A stretch of DNA of 37,653 bases from Arachidicoccus sp. (GCA_035497555.1 DATJDF010000259.1:1-37653); one strand, 5' to 3'; shown: positions 18,261-29,429, counted from the first letter of the stretch. A program made the numbers and translations. Notes: generated from the sequence alone by a model not told the origin.

Positions 18261-19241
18261 TTATTGAAGCCACTGGGCCACATCCTTGGCAAAATAAGTG
18301 GCAATCAGGTCTGCACCAGCCCGCTTAACAGAAGTAAGACTTTCCATTACCGCTTTTTGCTCATCCAGCCAGCCCATTTTGGCAGCGGCCTTGATCATGG
18401 AATATTCCCCGCTGACGTGATACGCACTTACTGGAACGGTTACTGCATTTTTAACTTCCCGGATAATGTCTAAATAAGCCATAGCAGGTTTAACCATAAC
18501 GATATCTGCCCCTTGCTCCACATCCTGCAAAGTTTCATTAATTGCTTCAATTCTATTGGCATAATTCATCTGGTAGGTTTTTTTGTCTCCAAACCCAGGT
18601 GCGCTGTCCAGCGCATCCCGAAATGGTCCATAAAAACAGCTGGCATACTTGGCACTATAAGAGAGTATGCCCACATTTGAGTAATTGTTTTCTTCCAGGG
18701 CACGGCGAAAGGCACCTATGCGGCCGTCCATCATATCACTGGGCGCAATAAAATCCGCTCCGGCTTCCGCATGAGAAAGGCTCATTCTGGTCAGTGCATC
18801 AACAGTTTCATCATTAAGGATATAACCGGAAGCAACTTCTACAATGCCGTCATGGCCGTACTGTGAATAAGGATCCAGTGCAACATCGGTCATTACAATC
18901 ATTTCCGGAACTGCGTCCTTGATGGCTTTAATTGCCTTTTGCATCAGTCCGTCCTGATTCCAGCTCTCTTTCCCTGTATTGTCCTTTACATCGTCCTCGC
19001 ATTTTACAAAAAGGAGTACACTTTTGATACCAAGGCTCCATAACTGTTTTACTTCCTCCACAGTCTTATTAATGGAACGTCTATAATATCCCGGCATAGA
19101 AGCGATTTCATGTACAATATCCCTGCCCTCGTCAATAAAAATCGGTAATATAAAATCGTTAGGTGTAAGTGTAGTTTCGGCGACCAAGCTTCTGATAGCA
19201 TCACTGCGCCGGGTAATTCTGTTTCTTCTTTGTAAATACAT
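18261..19241 (-). CDS. hemB: Porphobilinogen synthase (ALA dehydratase)
   Basis: DVALDPYSQYGHDG, APSDMMDGRI, YSAKYASCFYGPFRDA, MVKPA, AYHVSGEYSM. Confidence 0.97.
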   Translation of the reverse strand: MYLQRRNRITRRSDAIRSLVAETTLTPNDFILPIFIDEGRDIVHEIASMPGYYRRSINKTVEEVKQLWSLGIKSVLLFVKCEDDVKDNTGKESWNQDGLMQKAIKAIKDAVPEMIVMTDVALDPYSQYGHDGIVEVASGYILNDETVDALTRMSLSHAEAGADFIAPSDMMDGRIGAFRRALEENNYSNVGILSYSAKYASCFYGPFRDALDSAPGFGDKKTYQMNYANRIEAINETLQDVEQGADIVMVKPAMAYLDIIREVKNAVTVPVSAYHVSGEYSMIKAAAKMGWLDEQKAVMESLTSVKRAGADLIATYFAKDVAQWLQ

Positions 19242-19297
19242 GGTCTATTTTATTTATTGGCCAGACTACCTATTGGATTTTGGTCAAAGTTATTGGA

Positions 19298-20311
19298 TTA
19301 TGCCCAGTTTCTGGGCGTTTTGCAAACAGCCAGCAACTGCTCCTCCGGGGAGTCTTTCGCAGGCTGGTAATTATAATCAAATCGGACCGTTGGCGGAAGG
19401 CTCATTAAGATGCTTTCTGTCCGGCCGTTGGTTTTTAAGCCAAATAGGGTTCCCCGATCATGGATCAGGTTAAATTCAACATACCGGCCACGGCGGATTT
19501 CCTGCCAGTATTTTTGATCTGCATTAAAAGGAAGTTCGGCTCTTCTCTGAACGATTGGCAGATAGGAATGTAAGAACTGGTCAGCACTCGCCTTTTGAAA
19601 AGCAAAAAGCTGCTCCAGGTTCATGCCCACCGGATGGGTATCCGTTGCCTCACCGGGCTTTAAATGGTCATAGAATATCCCGCCAATGCCCCGCATTTCA
19701 AAGCCGCGATGGGCATTATTAAAATAGTTGTCACACCAGGTTTTGTAAGTCGGGTACAAAGATGCTCCAAAAGGCTGCATGGCCATTTTGTAAGTGTTAT
19801 GGAAATGACGGGCGTCTTCTTCAAAAAGATAATAGGGGGTTAAATCTGCTCCGCCCCCAAACCACCTGTCCAGTAAAACTCCGGCATCATCATATAATTC
19901 AAAATAGCGCCAATTGGCATGAGTGGTAGGAACAAAGGGATTAAATGGATGAAGGACCAAACTCAGGCCGCAGGCAAACCACTTATGGCCATCCATGCCT
20001 AATTGTTGCCGCATTTTTTCAGAAACCAGTCCGTAAACGATTGAAGTATTGACTCCTCCTTTTTCAAAAATATGACCACCCGTAATAATATTTGTTTTAC
20101 CACCGCCACCTTCATTTTCATGGTGTGGATCATTTGCTTTTCTTGCCCACGCTTCCGTCTGAAACCGGGCTTTTCCGTCTGTTTTTTCTAAAGCCTCACA
20201 AATGATCCTTTGAAGACTAAGGATGTATGCTGACCATCTTTCTCTAAAGCCATCTGCTGAGTTCCCTAACTTAAATAGAACTTCTTCGATTTTAAATTCG
20301 GTCGTTTCCAT
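19298..20311 (-). CDS. hemF: Oxygen-dependent coproporphyrinogen III oxidase
   Basis: FEKGGVNTS, HPFNPFVPTTHANWR, WFGGGADLTP, RRGRYVEFNL, GRTESILMSLPP. Confidence 0.97.
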   Translation of the reverse strand: METTEFKIEEVLFKLGNSADGFRERWSAYILSLQRIICEALEKTDGKARFQTEAWARKANDPHHENEGGGGKTNIITGGHIFEKGGVNTSIVYGLVSEKMRQQLGMDGHKWFACGLSLVLHPFNPFVPTTHANWRYFELYDDAGVLLDRWFGGGADLTPYYLFEEDARHFHNTYKMAMQPFGASLYPTYKTWCDNYFNNAHRGFEMRGIGGIFYDHLKPGEATDTHPVGMNLEQLFAFQKASADQFLHSYLPIVQRRAELPFNADQKYWQEIRRGRYVEFNLIHDRGTLFGLKTNGRTESILMSLPPTVRFDYNYQPAKDSPEEQLLAVCKTPRNWA

Positions 20312-20343
20312 TTCTTATTCGATTTAATGCAATCAACACCTTA

Positions 20344-21399
20344 TTAACGCTTTTCTTCAGCATCCCAGTCAAATTCCTTTACAGTATCTACGAATGCCCG
20401 GGCATGATCTACTGGTATATTAGGCAGTATTCCATGACCCAGATTGGCGATAAACCGGTCCCGCCCAAAAGCACGCATCATTTTATGCACTTCTTTTTTT
20501 ATTTCAGGGATAGGCAAGAGTAATTTGGCAGGATCTAAATTGCCCTGTAATGTAATATGGTCTCCTACCAGTTCCCTTGCCTTCTGTGGTTCGATACACC
20601 AATCGATTCCAAGTCCAGAGGCATGGGAAGCCGCCATTTCACCCAGCGATTGCCATGCTCCCTTGGCAAATATGATGACTGGTGTGGAATTCTCCTCCAG
20701 CGCCAATACAATCTGGGTAATATACGGTAAGGAGAAACGTTCAAAGTCTTCTTTGCCGAGTAATCCGCCCCAACTGTCGAAAAGTTGAATGATATGCACA
20801 CCCCGGTTCGATTGTTCTTTTACGTAGGCGATGGTAGTGTCGGTAATCATCTGTAGCAACCTGTGCGCCAGTTCGGGCTGTTGATAACAAAATGCTTTTG
20901 CTTCATCAAATGTTTTTGAACCCTTACCCTGCACCATATAGCAGAGCACCGTCCATGGTGCACCGGCAAAGCCAATTAAGGGAACCTGGGAATTAAGCTC
21001 CTCTCTAATTAATTCGATGGCCTTGAAAACATAATCCAGTTTTTCTTCCACATTCGGAACGCAGATTCTTGAAAAATCTTTTGCTGATTTTATGGGGTCC
21101 GGTAAATAAGGACCCATTTTTTCAACCAACTGAACTTCAAGTCCCATTGCCTGGGGAACCACAAGTATATCTGAAAACAGGATTGCGGCATCAACACCTA
21201 TGAGGTTAACAGGCTGCATGGTAATCTCACAGGCGAGTTCAGGTGTCTGCACTCTTTCAAAAAAAGAATACTTATCCCTTAATTTGATATATTCAGGCAG
21301 GTATCTTCCAGCCTGACGCATCATCCAGACAGGAGTCCGCTCTGTCCTTTCACCATATAAGGCCCTTATCATTAAATCTTCTGTATCTGTATTGTTCAT
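20344..21399 (-). CDS. hemE: Uroporphyrinogen decarboxylase
   Basis: [41 protein letters not shown]. Confidence 0.97.
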   Translation of the reverse strand: MNNTDTEDLMIRALYGERTERTPVWMMRQAGRYLPEYIKLRDKYSFFERVQTPELACEITMQPVNLIGVDAAILFSDILVVPQAMGLEVQLVEKMGPYLPDPIKSAKDFSRICVPNVEEKLDYVFKAIELIREELNSQVPLIGFAGAPWTVLCYMVQGKGSKTFDEAKAFCYQQPELAHRLLQMITDTTIAYVKEQSNRGVHIIQLFDSWGGLLGKEDFERFSLPYITQIVLALEENSTPVIIFAKGAWQSLGEMAASHASGLGIDWCIEPQKARELVGDHITLQGNLDPAKLLLPIPEIKKEVHKMMRAFGRDRFIANLGHGILPNIPVDHARAFVDTVKEFDWDAEEKR

Positions 21400-21450
21400 A
21401 GTATATGCGGTATCAAATTACTTAAATAAGGTTTCGTTTTATATTATCTT

Positions 21451-22227
21451 CTAAGACCACTGTGTAGCATTATGCCCGTAAAATTTCCAGACAGCTGCCA
21501 ATACCTGGCTGGCGCGCGGCTTCGAACTGGTAATTATTTTATTTTTTGTATATTTTTCGATTGCCTGGGTGGTCGTTCGCCCTACAGAAAAGACGGTTGT
21601 CCAGGCAGGTAGCACATTTATACTAAAAAAGCTTTCAACAGCCGATGGACTGAAAAAAAGGACACCGTCATATTCCTCTTTTATCTCGATGGGCGTCTTA
21701 AATGTATTATATACTACAATTTCTTCTAAAGAAATTTCACCAGCTTTAAGCATAGCGGGTAAGGTCGGCATCCGGATATTGCCACAAAAGAAAGTAAATT
21801 CCGGCGCTTTGTTATTTCGCTGGTCTGAAACAATTTTTGCTGCCAGATCTTTTCCATAATCCGCCAAGCCGGTAATTGCGCTTGCGGGCATGTGTTTTAA
21901 CACCGCCTCCCGGGTTTTCCCGGCCAGGCAATAAATCTGCCAGTCCGGGAAGTTATTTTGTTGAAATTCAGGTAATATGCGCAGTAGTCCAAACACAGCA
22001 TCCACTGCATGGGCACTGGTAAATATAATGAATTTGTTATGTTGTATTGCCTTTGTGACAGCACTTGATGTTGAAATATCAGTAATAGGACGGGTCTGAA
22101 TAAAGGGCATTACCGTAAACTCAAGCTCAGGTGCAGCCCATGTCTGTTTTTGAGCAGCATTTTTTTGCTGCTCAAGTAGTCCGCTGTCCAAGGGATAAGT
22201 CGATAATATGTGGATGGATTGATTCAG
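21451..22227 (-). CDS. hemD: Uroporphyrinogen-III synthase (start uncertain: CTG 22227 or TTG 22191)
   Basis: IIFTSAHAV, FFCGNIR, VVYNT, LFFSPSAVESFF, VGRTT; lies between hemC and hemE. Confidence 0.88.
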   Translation of the reverse strand: MNQSIHILSTYPLDSGLLEQQKNAAQKQTWAAPELEFTVMPFIQTRPITDISTSSAVTKAIQHNKFIIFTSAHAVDAVFGLLRILPEFQQNNFPDWQIYCLAGKTREAVLKHMPASAITGLADYGKDLAAKIVSDQRNNKAPEFTFFCGNIRMPTLPAMLKAGEISLEEIVVYNTFKTPIEIKEEYDGVLFFSPSAVESFFSINVLPAWTTVFSVGRTTTQAIEKYTKNKIITSSKPRASQVLAAVWKFYGHNATQWS

Positions 22228-22264
22228 GATGTTTTCTTATAGTGCTTAAAAGTAGACAGATCGA

Positions 22265-23197
22265 TTATAGATTGCGAATGGAGGCAACAAGGCTGCTGGC
22301 CCCTTTGTTTAATAACGTAGTAGCAGCCTGCTGTCCCACTGAAATATCTGAGCTGGCAACTGTTTGTTCAATTTCAAAGATTTCTTTTCCATCAAGAGAC
22401 AGGATATTGCCTTCAAAATGTATTTTATCCTGCTTTATTTGTGCTCTGGCGCTTATGGGCGTGGAACAGCCTCCCATTAAAGTGCTTAAAAAGTCCCGCT
22501 CTATTTTAGTGCAAAGCGCAGTGGGTGCATCATTTAAACTGCCTAAGGCCTTAAGTGCCTGCGTATCATTTGTTCTGGCTACCACCATAATGGCACCCTG
22601 GGCCGGTGCTGGGAGCATCCATGGAATTTCTATCGCCAGGGCCGGGCGCTCCCCAATACGTTCCAATCCGGCCGCCGCGAATATTGCGCCATCCCAATTG
22701 CTACTGTGGAGTTTCTGCAACCGGGTCTGGACATTGCCCCGTAAATTTTCAATTTGTAAAGCGGGAAACCGGTGCAGTAACTGTGCTTTTCGTCTGACGG
22801 AACCAGTAGCGATAAGACCTGTCAATTCTCCAGAGGTTTCAGCCATAAAAGAATTTAAAAATGCGTTGTCTTTGTATACCAGGAGGTCCATTTCGCTGGC
22901 ACGCTTGAGTACGGCACCCTGCTTGATACCAACAGCGAGTTGTGTCGGGACGTCTTTCATTGAATGAACCGCGATATCTATTTTTTCGCTGAGCAGGTAA
23001 GCATCTAGCGTTTTGGTAAACACACCCTGCACTCCCATAGCATAAAGTGGTGTAACAAGATCTAAATCACCTTCACTTTTTACAGGGACTAATTCACTTT
23101 CAATGCCCTGCTCCTTTAATAATTGCTGCACCCGGGTTGCTTGCCATAGAGCAAGTTTACTGTCGCGGGTACCTATTTTTAAAACGCGGGCTTTCAT
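22265..23197 (-). CDS. hemC: Hydroxymethylbilane synthase
   Basis: IGTRDSKLALWQA, AVHSMKDVP, RGNVQTRL, PAPAQGA, GGCSTPI. Start overlaps the hemA stop (TAATG). Confidence 0.97.
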   Translation of the reverse strand: MKARVLKIGTRDSKLALWQATRVQQLLKEQGIESELVPVKSEGDLDLVTPLYAMGVQGVFTKTLDAYLLSEKIDIAVHSMKDVPTQLAVGIKQGAVLKRASEMDLLVYKDNAFLNSFMAETSGELTGLIATGSVRRKAQLLHRFPALQIENLRGNVQTRLQKLHSSNWDGAIFAAAGLERIGERPALAIEIPWMLPAPAQGAIMVVARTNDTQALKALGSLNDAPTALCTKIERDFLSTLMGGCSTPISARAQIKQDKIHFEGNILSLDGKEIFEIEQTVASSDISVGQQAATTLLNKGASSLVASIRNL

Positions 23198-24429
23198 TAT
23201 AATATCTTTTCGGTCGAGTGGGCTACAAAATCATGTAAAGTTTCAATATAGGAACAACCAGGGGTCTGGTCTTGCTTGCGCATTCTGATGGCCAGGTTCT
23301 TGATCGCTTTTTTAATGGCATCCTCCTGCTGGCGATCATCCGTTGCCAATTCGGTTTGCAGGGATTGGAACCAGCTACAATGATGGATATCCATCATTGA
23401 CTGCTTGGCTGCCCGGATAATCGGAACATTTCTACGCATTTGGAGCCATTCGTGAAATTCGTCCAGATATTCCTGTATAATCACCATAGCTTTGGGAACT
23501 TCTCCCTGTCGCATCTGTAAAGTGGCATCATTGAGTTTTGACAAATCGTCTACATTGACCAGTATAGAGTGCAGTCTGTTTTTGACAGATGGATCAATAT
23601 TTTGCGGAACAGATAAGTCGATAAATATCTTTTTGCCAGCGGATTGTATATTCTTGGCATAAATAATAGGTTGAGGTGCATTGGTCGCTACAATGACAAT
23701 ATCTGCCAGGTTAACTTCCGATGCCAGGTTTTCATAATCCGCCGCCACTAAATTCAAGGCTATGGCAATTTCAAGCGCTTTATCATGACTTCTGTTGATC
23801 AGCGTTATGTCTTTGGCACCTAAATAGTCGATCAGGTTTTTACAGGTGTTTTTACCTATTTTGCCTGTGCCGATAATGACAATTTTCTTTTTATTTATAT
23901 CTGAACAGTGTAAACGCAGGAACTTGATGGCGGCAAAAGCCACGGAAACAGTTCCACCGCTGAGCGCGGTCTGATTTTTAATGGCCTTAGAGGTCTGATA
24001 GACCGTATTGGAAAGTCTTTCCAGAAATGCACTGATGCAGCCGTGTGCTTTAGCAAACTTTACAGCTTGTTTAATCTGACCGACAATTTCATAATCGCCC
24101 AGTATCTGTGAATCCAGACCGGAAGCTACCTGGAAAAAATGTTCTATTGCAGCTTGCCCCTGTTTATGATAGGCCATCGACTGAAAGACTTCCGGATCGC
24201 CAATCGTTTCACTGCAGAGTAGATCGGTTAGGATGCTGAGCGTGGGTGCAATGCCGTATATTTCTGTTCTGTTACAGGTTGAGAGGACAAATAAATTGGT
24301 GAGCCCCATACCCGATGCTCTCACTAAAAGGTGTGCATATTGTTCATTGGATAAGGCAAATTGTCCGCGTACAGAAGTATCCGTCTTTTTGTAATTGATT
24401 CCTACTATGTGAAAATGTTCAATTTCCAT
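23197..24429 (-). CDS. hemA: Glutamyl-tRNA reductase
   Basis: LSTCNRTEIY, SGLDSQILGD, GTGKIG, IDLSVPQNID. Confidence 0.96.
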   Translation of the reverse strand: MEIEHFHIVGINYKKTDTSVRGQFALSNEQYAHLLVRASGMGLTNLFVLSTCNRTEIYGIAPTLSILTDLLCSETIGDPEVFQSMAYHKQGQAAIEHFFQVASGLDSQILGDYEIVGQIKQAVKFAKAHGCISAFLERLSNTVYQTSKAIKNQTALSGGTVSVAFAAIKFLRLHCSDINKKKIVIIGTGKIGKNTCKNLIDYLGAKDITLINRSHDKALEIAIALNLVAADYENLASEVNLADIVIVATNAPQPIIYAKNIQSAGKKIFIDLSVPQNIDPSVKNRLHSILVNVDDLSKLNDATLQMRQGEVPKAMVIIQEYLDEFHEWLQMRRNVPIIRAAKQSMMDIHHCSWFQSLQTELATDDRQQEDAIKKAIKNLAIRMRKQDQTPGCSYIETLHDFVAHSTEKIL

Positions 24430-24534
24430 TGGATGGGTGCCTGATTTGATATAAATGAAAGTCAGATGGACCTACGTAATACTTTGAACCAAAATATATA
24501 TACGTAAATTTCTATGCATCTGGTTTTCACTGTG

Positions 24535-24542
24535 CAAAGGTA
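24535..24542 (-). promoter_or_regulatory. Bacteroidota -7 promoter element for the hem operon
   Basis: Minus strand TACCTTTG about 105 nt upstream of the hemA ATG. Confidence 0.55.
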
Positions 24543-24953
24543 GTTATCAACAGGTGTGAAAAAAAATGAATTTGGTCATGCTAATGTCATATTTGGATAT
24601 TGAAATAAAGGCTATGTGTTGATAATCAATAGCCTGACTTCTTGGCTGCTCAAATGTCCAATTTTCCTGTTGGCCATAAAGACTACAATTCAGGATCAAC
24701 GAGCCCTGGATACAATTTTTTTATGTATGTCATAATAACACTTATTAAATTAGAAGCATGTTTAACAGTGTAAATGCTAAAACTTTCTAAAAATGAAAAT
24801 TGCATTAAATAATTATTAAATGTATAACCATCTATTTATATTAAAGTTTGCTTTCCTTTAGATTTATTTGTAAAAATATTAGATAGCTTTTGGTTTTTAA
24901 TTATAAGTTTATTCTACTTTAGTGCTTTAAAAGATAAAAGAAAGTTAACTAAA

Positions 24954-26165
24954 GTGGCAGTAAAGACAATTACTTATAAGCGGAGTATAATAAAGGAACT
25001 GTTTCTGGCAGGGACGCTCTCCTATGCTGAAATCAGCGAGCGCATTGGTAAGAGTCATTCACTAACCATGAAGATGGTCAGTGAAATGGTGGATGATGGG
25101 GTGTTGGTCGAAAAAGGCCTGGCGCCTTCCAGCGGTGGCCGCCGCCCACAAACACACTCCCTGAAAGCAGATACCTTTTATCTGATTGCAGTGGCGATGG
25201 ATCAGTTTGTTTCCCGTATTGCCTTATTAGATGCCCACCGTGGTTATGTATTGCCCGAACAGCAGTTCGAATTAAAACTCGCAGGTAATCCCAAAGCCTT
25301 GTCTATACTTACAAAAAGTATTCAAACCTTTATTGAAGAAGCACCGGTTGCCAAAGAAAAAATATTAGGGATCGGAATGGGCATGCCTGGCTTTATCGAT
25401 GCAGAGAAAGGTGCAAACTATACATTTTTAGGAACCAACGTTTCTGCACATATTCGTGAGGCAACGGGGTTACCCACATTTATTGAAAATGATTCCTCTA
25501 CCATTGCCCTGGCTGAATACAAGTTTGGGCACGCCGCCGGCGAAAAAAATGCCATGATTCTGAATTTGAGTTGGGGTATAGGACTGGGGATGATCATAGA
25601 TGCTAAGCTTTTCAGAGGTAATGAAGGTTTTGCAGGAGAGTTTAGCCACATCCCGCTTTTCAAAAATGGCAAATTATGCAGCTGCGGTAAAACGGGGTGT
25701 CTGGAAACTGAAACTTCCTTATCGTATATGCTGGACAAAGCAACCCAGGAAATCCGGGCCGGCAGGGCATCTTATCTATCGAATGTGTTAACAACGCAGC
25801 AGGATCATGAAGCTGAAGCAAAACAATTTATCCAGGCGGCCATTCATGGCGACTCACTGGTAATAGAAATTATTTCCGCTGTGGGGTATAATATTGGACG
25901 CGGAATCGCCATACTAATGCATCTGCTTAACCCCGGGAAAATTATATTGAGTGGTCGGTTGGCTGGAGCAGGCCGGGTTTGGTTGGCACCCATCCAACAG
26001 GCGATTAATGAATTCTGTATTCCGAAGCTGGTGAGTAATACAAAAATTGAAATTTCTACACTTGGACATGAGGCAGAAATTATCGGTGCGGCAACACTGG
26101 TCATTGAAAACATAAAACACTGTCCTCTTGATAGAATAATTGCTCGCAATGAGCATACCGGCTAA
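24954..26165 (+). CDS. ROK family transcriptional repressor (NagC/XylR-like)
   Basis: N-terminal HTH with SSGGRRP, IENDSS, GIGLG, GFAGEFSH, zinc motif CSCGKTGCLE; GTG start. Confidence 0.93.
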   Translation: MAVKTITYKRSIIKELFLAGTLSYAEISERIGKSHSLTMKMVSEMVDDGVLVEKGLAPSSGGRRPQTHSLKADTFYLIAVAMDQFVSRIALLDAHRGYVLPEQQFELKLAGNPKALSILTKSIQTFIEEAPVAKEKILGIGMGMPGFIDAEKGANYTFLGTNVSAHIREATGLPTFIENDSSTIALAEYKFGHAAGEKNAMILNLSWGIGLGMIIDAKLFRGNEGFAGEFSHIPLFKNGKLCSCGKTGCLETETSLSYMLDKATQEIRAGRASYLSNVLTTQQDHEAEAKQFIQAAIHGDSLVIEIISAVGYNIGRGIAILMHLLNPGKIILSGRLAGAGRVWLAPIQQAINEFCIPKLVSNTKIEISTLGHEAEIIGAATLVIENIKHCPLDRIIARNEHTG

Positions 26166-26284
26166 CAGAAGAACCAAAGAAAAGCATCAGTTATTAAATG
26201 GTGTAAGGTCGTAAATACAATGTAACAATTTAAGAAAGCAAGCAAAAATCAAAAAAATTCTAATTCATCGAAAAAGAAGCGTTT

Positions 26285-29200
26285 ATGAAAAAATCAAAAC
26301 AGGGTTTTTTAAGAGTGCTACTGCTAATGTTGGCAGCTCTTTGCCTTCAGCACAGCGCCTTTGCACAAACCGGAGAAGTAACCGGGGTGGTGAAGAGTAG
26401 TGAAGGGACGCCACTCGTGGGTGTGGTCGTTTCGGTCAAAAACGGCCAGGAGAATGCACTTACCCAGGAGGATGGTCGTTTCAGTATTAAAGCCGGGGCT
26501 GATGCAACCCTGACTTTTTCTTATATTGGTTTTACCAATATAGAACAACCAGTCACAGCGTCTCCTATGGTCATTACCATGACACCGAATGAAGCTGCTT
26601 CAGCTGGAAGCGATGTTGTGGTTACCGCATTAGGTATTAAAAGAGAAAGTAAATCTCTCGGATATGGTGTTCAGGAAATTAAAGGCCAGGAGCTGGCCGA
26701 TCGCCAGGAACCCAACGTAACCAATACATTGTCAGGTAAAGTAGCTGGCCTCCAGGTGATCAAATCAAGTAATGGCCCGGCCGGTTCTACAAAAATTGTT
26801 TTAAGAGGGTATAATTCGCTTACCGGCGACAACCAACCCTTGATTGTTGTTGATGGGATTCCCATTGATAACTATGCTGGTGTACCAAGAGGCGGAACCA
26901 ATGACTACTGGAATCCTTCATTAGATATGGGTAACGGACTCTCCGATATTAATGCAGATGATATAGCCAGCGTCAGTGTTTTAAAAGGGCCTGCAGCTGC
27001 TGCCCTTTACGGTTCAAGAGCAGGAAACGGTGTCATCTTGATTACCACCAAGACAGGTAAAAAACAAGATGGGCTTGGTATTACGGTGTCTTCCAATTTT
27101 GGTTTTGAAAGCATTTTTACAAATCCGGACATGCAAAGTGGATATGGCCAGGGAGCTAACGGTATCGTGGACCCAACCAGTACAGAAAGCTGGGGACCGG
27201 AAATTAAAGGTCAGTCTTACGAAAAATGGGATGGAAGTAAATCCACTATGCAGGCATATGACAACCTGAGTAACTTTTTCAGTACTGGATTTAATAATAG
27301 TACCAATGTTTCATTTTCCCAGCAATATAAAAATACCTCAGTATATACTTCCTTTAATCGATTATACGATAAGAGCATGTTAGTGGGGTCAAAATATGTA
27401 CGTACTAACCTTACTACCCGTGCAGTGAGCAAATTTGGTAAAGATGACCGTTGGACATTGGACACAAAAGTGCAGTATAGTAATTCAAATGCTCATAACA
27501 GACCCAACGGTGGTGTGAATGCAAATAATGCATATGCAGTTATGTATCAATTGCCTCGCAGTCTGGATATAAGGGATTTTGCAGGTGCCAGAGATAAATT
27601 TGGAAATATGACCTGGTATGATGTGCCTTCTGCCGCGGTAAATCCATACTGGGGTGCAAAGTATAATTTGAATAATGATGTGCGGGACCGGTTTTTATTA
27701 AATGCATCTTTAAAATACCAGTTCAATACTTGGTTAAATGCAGAAATTAAAGGGGGTGGTGATATGTATAATACCGCAACTCAATCAAAAGCCTATGCCG
27801 GAGGCCCCATCACCAATCTATTTGCCCAAGGCAAGAACTCGTTCAAAGAGACCAATTATAGTTTTCTGATCAATGCACAGAAGGACAATATTTTTGGAAA
27901 GCTTGGCGGACTTGTCAATGTGGGCGGTAATTTGATGGATCGTTCAATATCCTCCCTAAGCTCTAATTCAGGAAAATTAGTCGTACCGGATTTATTTACA
28001 CTGAACAATGGCGTAGATAAACCATCTGTCAGTGAATCTTATAGTCATCAGAAAATAAATTCTATTTATGGTTCTGCACAGATCAACTGGGATGGCTATA
28101 TCTTTTTAGATGGGACTTTCAGAAACGACTGGTCTTCTACCTTGAGTGAAGATAATCGTTCTTATTTTTATCCTTCACTTAGTTTATCCTATGTATTTAC
28201 AGATATGATCCGTAAAACAGGCGGATCGGTTCCTTCCTGGTTTACTTATGGTAAATTAAGGGCCTCAACAGCGCAAGTAGGGAATAGCCTGAATCCATAT
28301 CAATTATACAATACCTTTTCCATCGGAAAAGATCCAAACGGTAATATGACAGCGTCTACGGGCAATACTTATTTTGATCCGAATGTAAAAAGCGAGTTAA
28401 TTAAGTCTTTTGAAGTGGGTACTGAATTGAAATTCTTCCAAAGCAGGGTAGGCCTGGATCTTTCCTGGTACAAAACAAATGCGACCAGACAATTATTAGC
28501 CATTGGGCAGGATCCATTAAGCGGTTATCCAAATAAAGAAGTCAATGCGGGTAATATCCAGAATACGGGATTTGAGGCGATTGTCAATGCGCGTATTATT
28601 GATAATCCTAATGCACTTAGCTGGGATATGGTCGTCAACTTCTCTACCAACAAAAACAAAATTGTTGCACTGACTCCAGATAATGATATTTATCCCTTAG
28701 GTGGTTATGATCGTGTTTCCATCGTAGCAGAGACGGGGAAGAATTATGGAGAAATATACGGTACTGCTTTCCGAAGAATTGAGGATAAAGCAAGTGAATT
28801 TTATGGAGAGCTGTATTTGGATGGGGCTGGTCTACCTAAAGCAACTTCAGATACCAGAGATCTGGGTAATCAACAGGCAGATTTTCTGTTAGGAACAACT
28901 AATAGCTTTTCCTACAAGAGCTTTAATCTATCCTTCCTGCTAGATGGCCGTTTTGGCGGGAAAATATTCTCAGGCACCTATGCAAGTATGGAGGAATCCG
29001 GTACAGCCGGCGTAACGGGAAACAGAGGAAAAATGACCGTAAACGGTGTAGTGGATGACGGTAATGGTGGATATGTAAAGAATACAACTGAAGTATCCAC
29101 GGAGGATTACTGGAAAGCAGTACAAGCGGACAATATTGGTATTGTTGAAGCCAATTTATATGATGCAACGAATATCAGGTTAAGAAATGTTCAGTTGAGT

Positions 29201-29410
29201 TATCGCCTTCCGAACAAATGGTTACAAAAAACTGCTATTCAGCGAGCAAATGTAGGGATCTCCTGTAATAACGTATGGTTAATCAGCAGCCATTTGCATG
29301 GCATCGACCCGGAATCTGTCTATGCAACAGGTACGAATGCAGTAGGCTATGAAAATGGTGCACCGCCAACAACCAGAACCATTATGTTTAACCTAAGCCT
29401 TGGTTTCTAA
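26285..29410 (+). CDS. susC: SusC/RagA family TonB-dependent transporter
   Basis: Signal peptide, VVVTALGIKRE, DINADDIASVSVLKGPAAAALYGSRAGNGVILITTK, RNDWSSTL, terminal LSLGF. Confidence 0.97.
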   Translation: MKKSKQGFLRVLLLMLAALCLQHSAFAQTGEVTGVVKSSEGTPLVGVVVSVKNGQENALTQEDGRFSIKAGADATLTFSYIGFTNIEQPVTASPMVITMTPNEAASAGSDVVVTALGIKRESKSLGYGVQEIKGQELADRQEPNVTNTLSGKVAGLQVIKSSNGPAGSTKIVLRGYNSLTGDNQPLIVVDGIPIDNYAGVPRGGTNDYWNPSLDMGNGLSDINADDIASVSVLKGPAAAALYGSRAGNGVILITTKTGKKQDGLGITVSSNFGFESIFTNPDMQSGYGQGANGIVDPTSTESWGPEIKGQSYEKWDGSKSTMQAYDNLSNFFSTGFNNSTNVSFSQQYKNTSVYTSFNRLYDKSMLVGSKYVRTNLTTRAVSKFGKDDRWTLDTKVQYSNSNAHNRPNGGVNANNAYAVMYQLPRSLDIRDFAGARDKFGNMTWYDVPSAAVNPYWGAKYNLNNDVRDRFLLNASLKYQFNTWLNAEIKGGGDMYNTATQSKAYAGGPITNLFAQGKNSFKETNYSFLINAQKDNIFGKLGGLVNVGGNLMDRSISSLSSNSGKLVVPDLFTLNNGVDKPSVSESYSHQKINSIYGSAQINWDGYIFLDGTFRNDWSSTLSEDNRSYFYPSLSLSYVFTDMIRKTGGSVPSWFTYGKLRASTAQVGNSLNPYQLYNTFSIGKDPNGNMTASTGNTYFDPNVKSELIKSFEVGTELKFFQSRVGLDLSWYKTNATRQLLAIGQDPLSGYPNKEVNAGNIQNTGFEAIVNARIIDNPNALSWDMVVNFSTNKNKIVALTPDNDIYPLGGYDRVSIVAETGKNYGEIYGTAFRRIEDKASEFYGELYLDGAGLPKATSDTRDLGNQQADFLLGTTNSFSYKSFNLSFLLDGRFGGKIFSGTYASMEESGTAGVTGNRGKMTVNGVVDDGNGGYVKNTTEVSTEDYWKAVQADNIGIVEANLYDATNIRLRNVQLSYRLPNKWLQKTAIQRANVGISCNNVWLISSHLHGIDPESVYATGTNAVGYENGAPPTTRTIMFNLSLGF

Positions 29411-29429
29411 ACCTCAAAACAAATCAGTG

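Noticed and set aside
22131-22967. 278-aa antisense ORF
   Set aside because: Shadow frame opposite hemC/hemD with no family features. The same applies to the other short antisense ORFs inside susC, hemE, ROK and DUF3667.
18261-24429. hem operon lacking hemL and the late steps (hemG/J/Y, hemH)
   Set aside because: These genes are often elsewhere in the genome; absence cannot be judged from one window.
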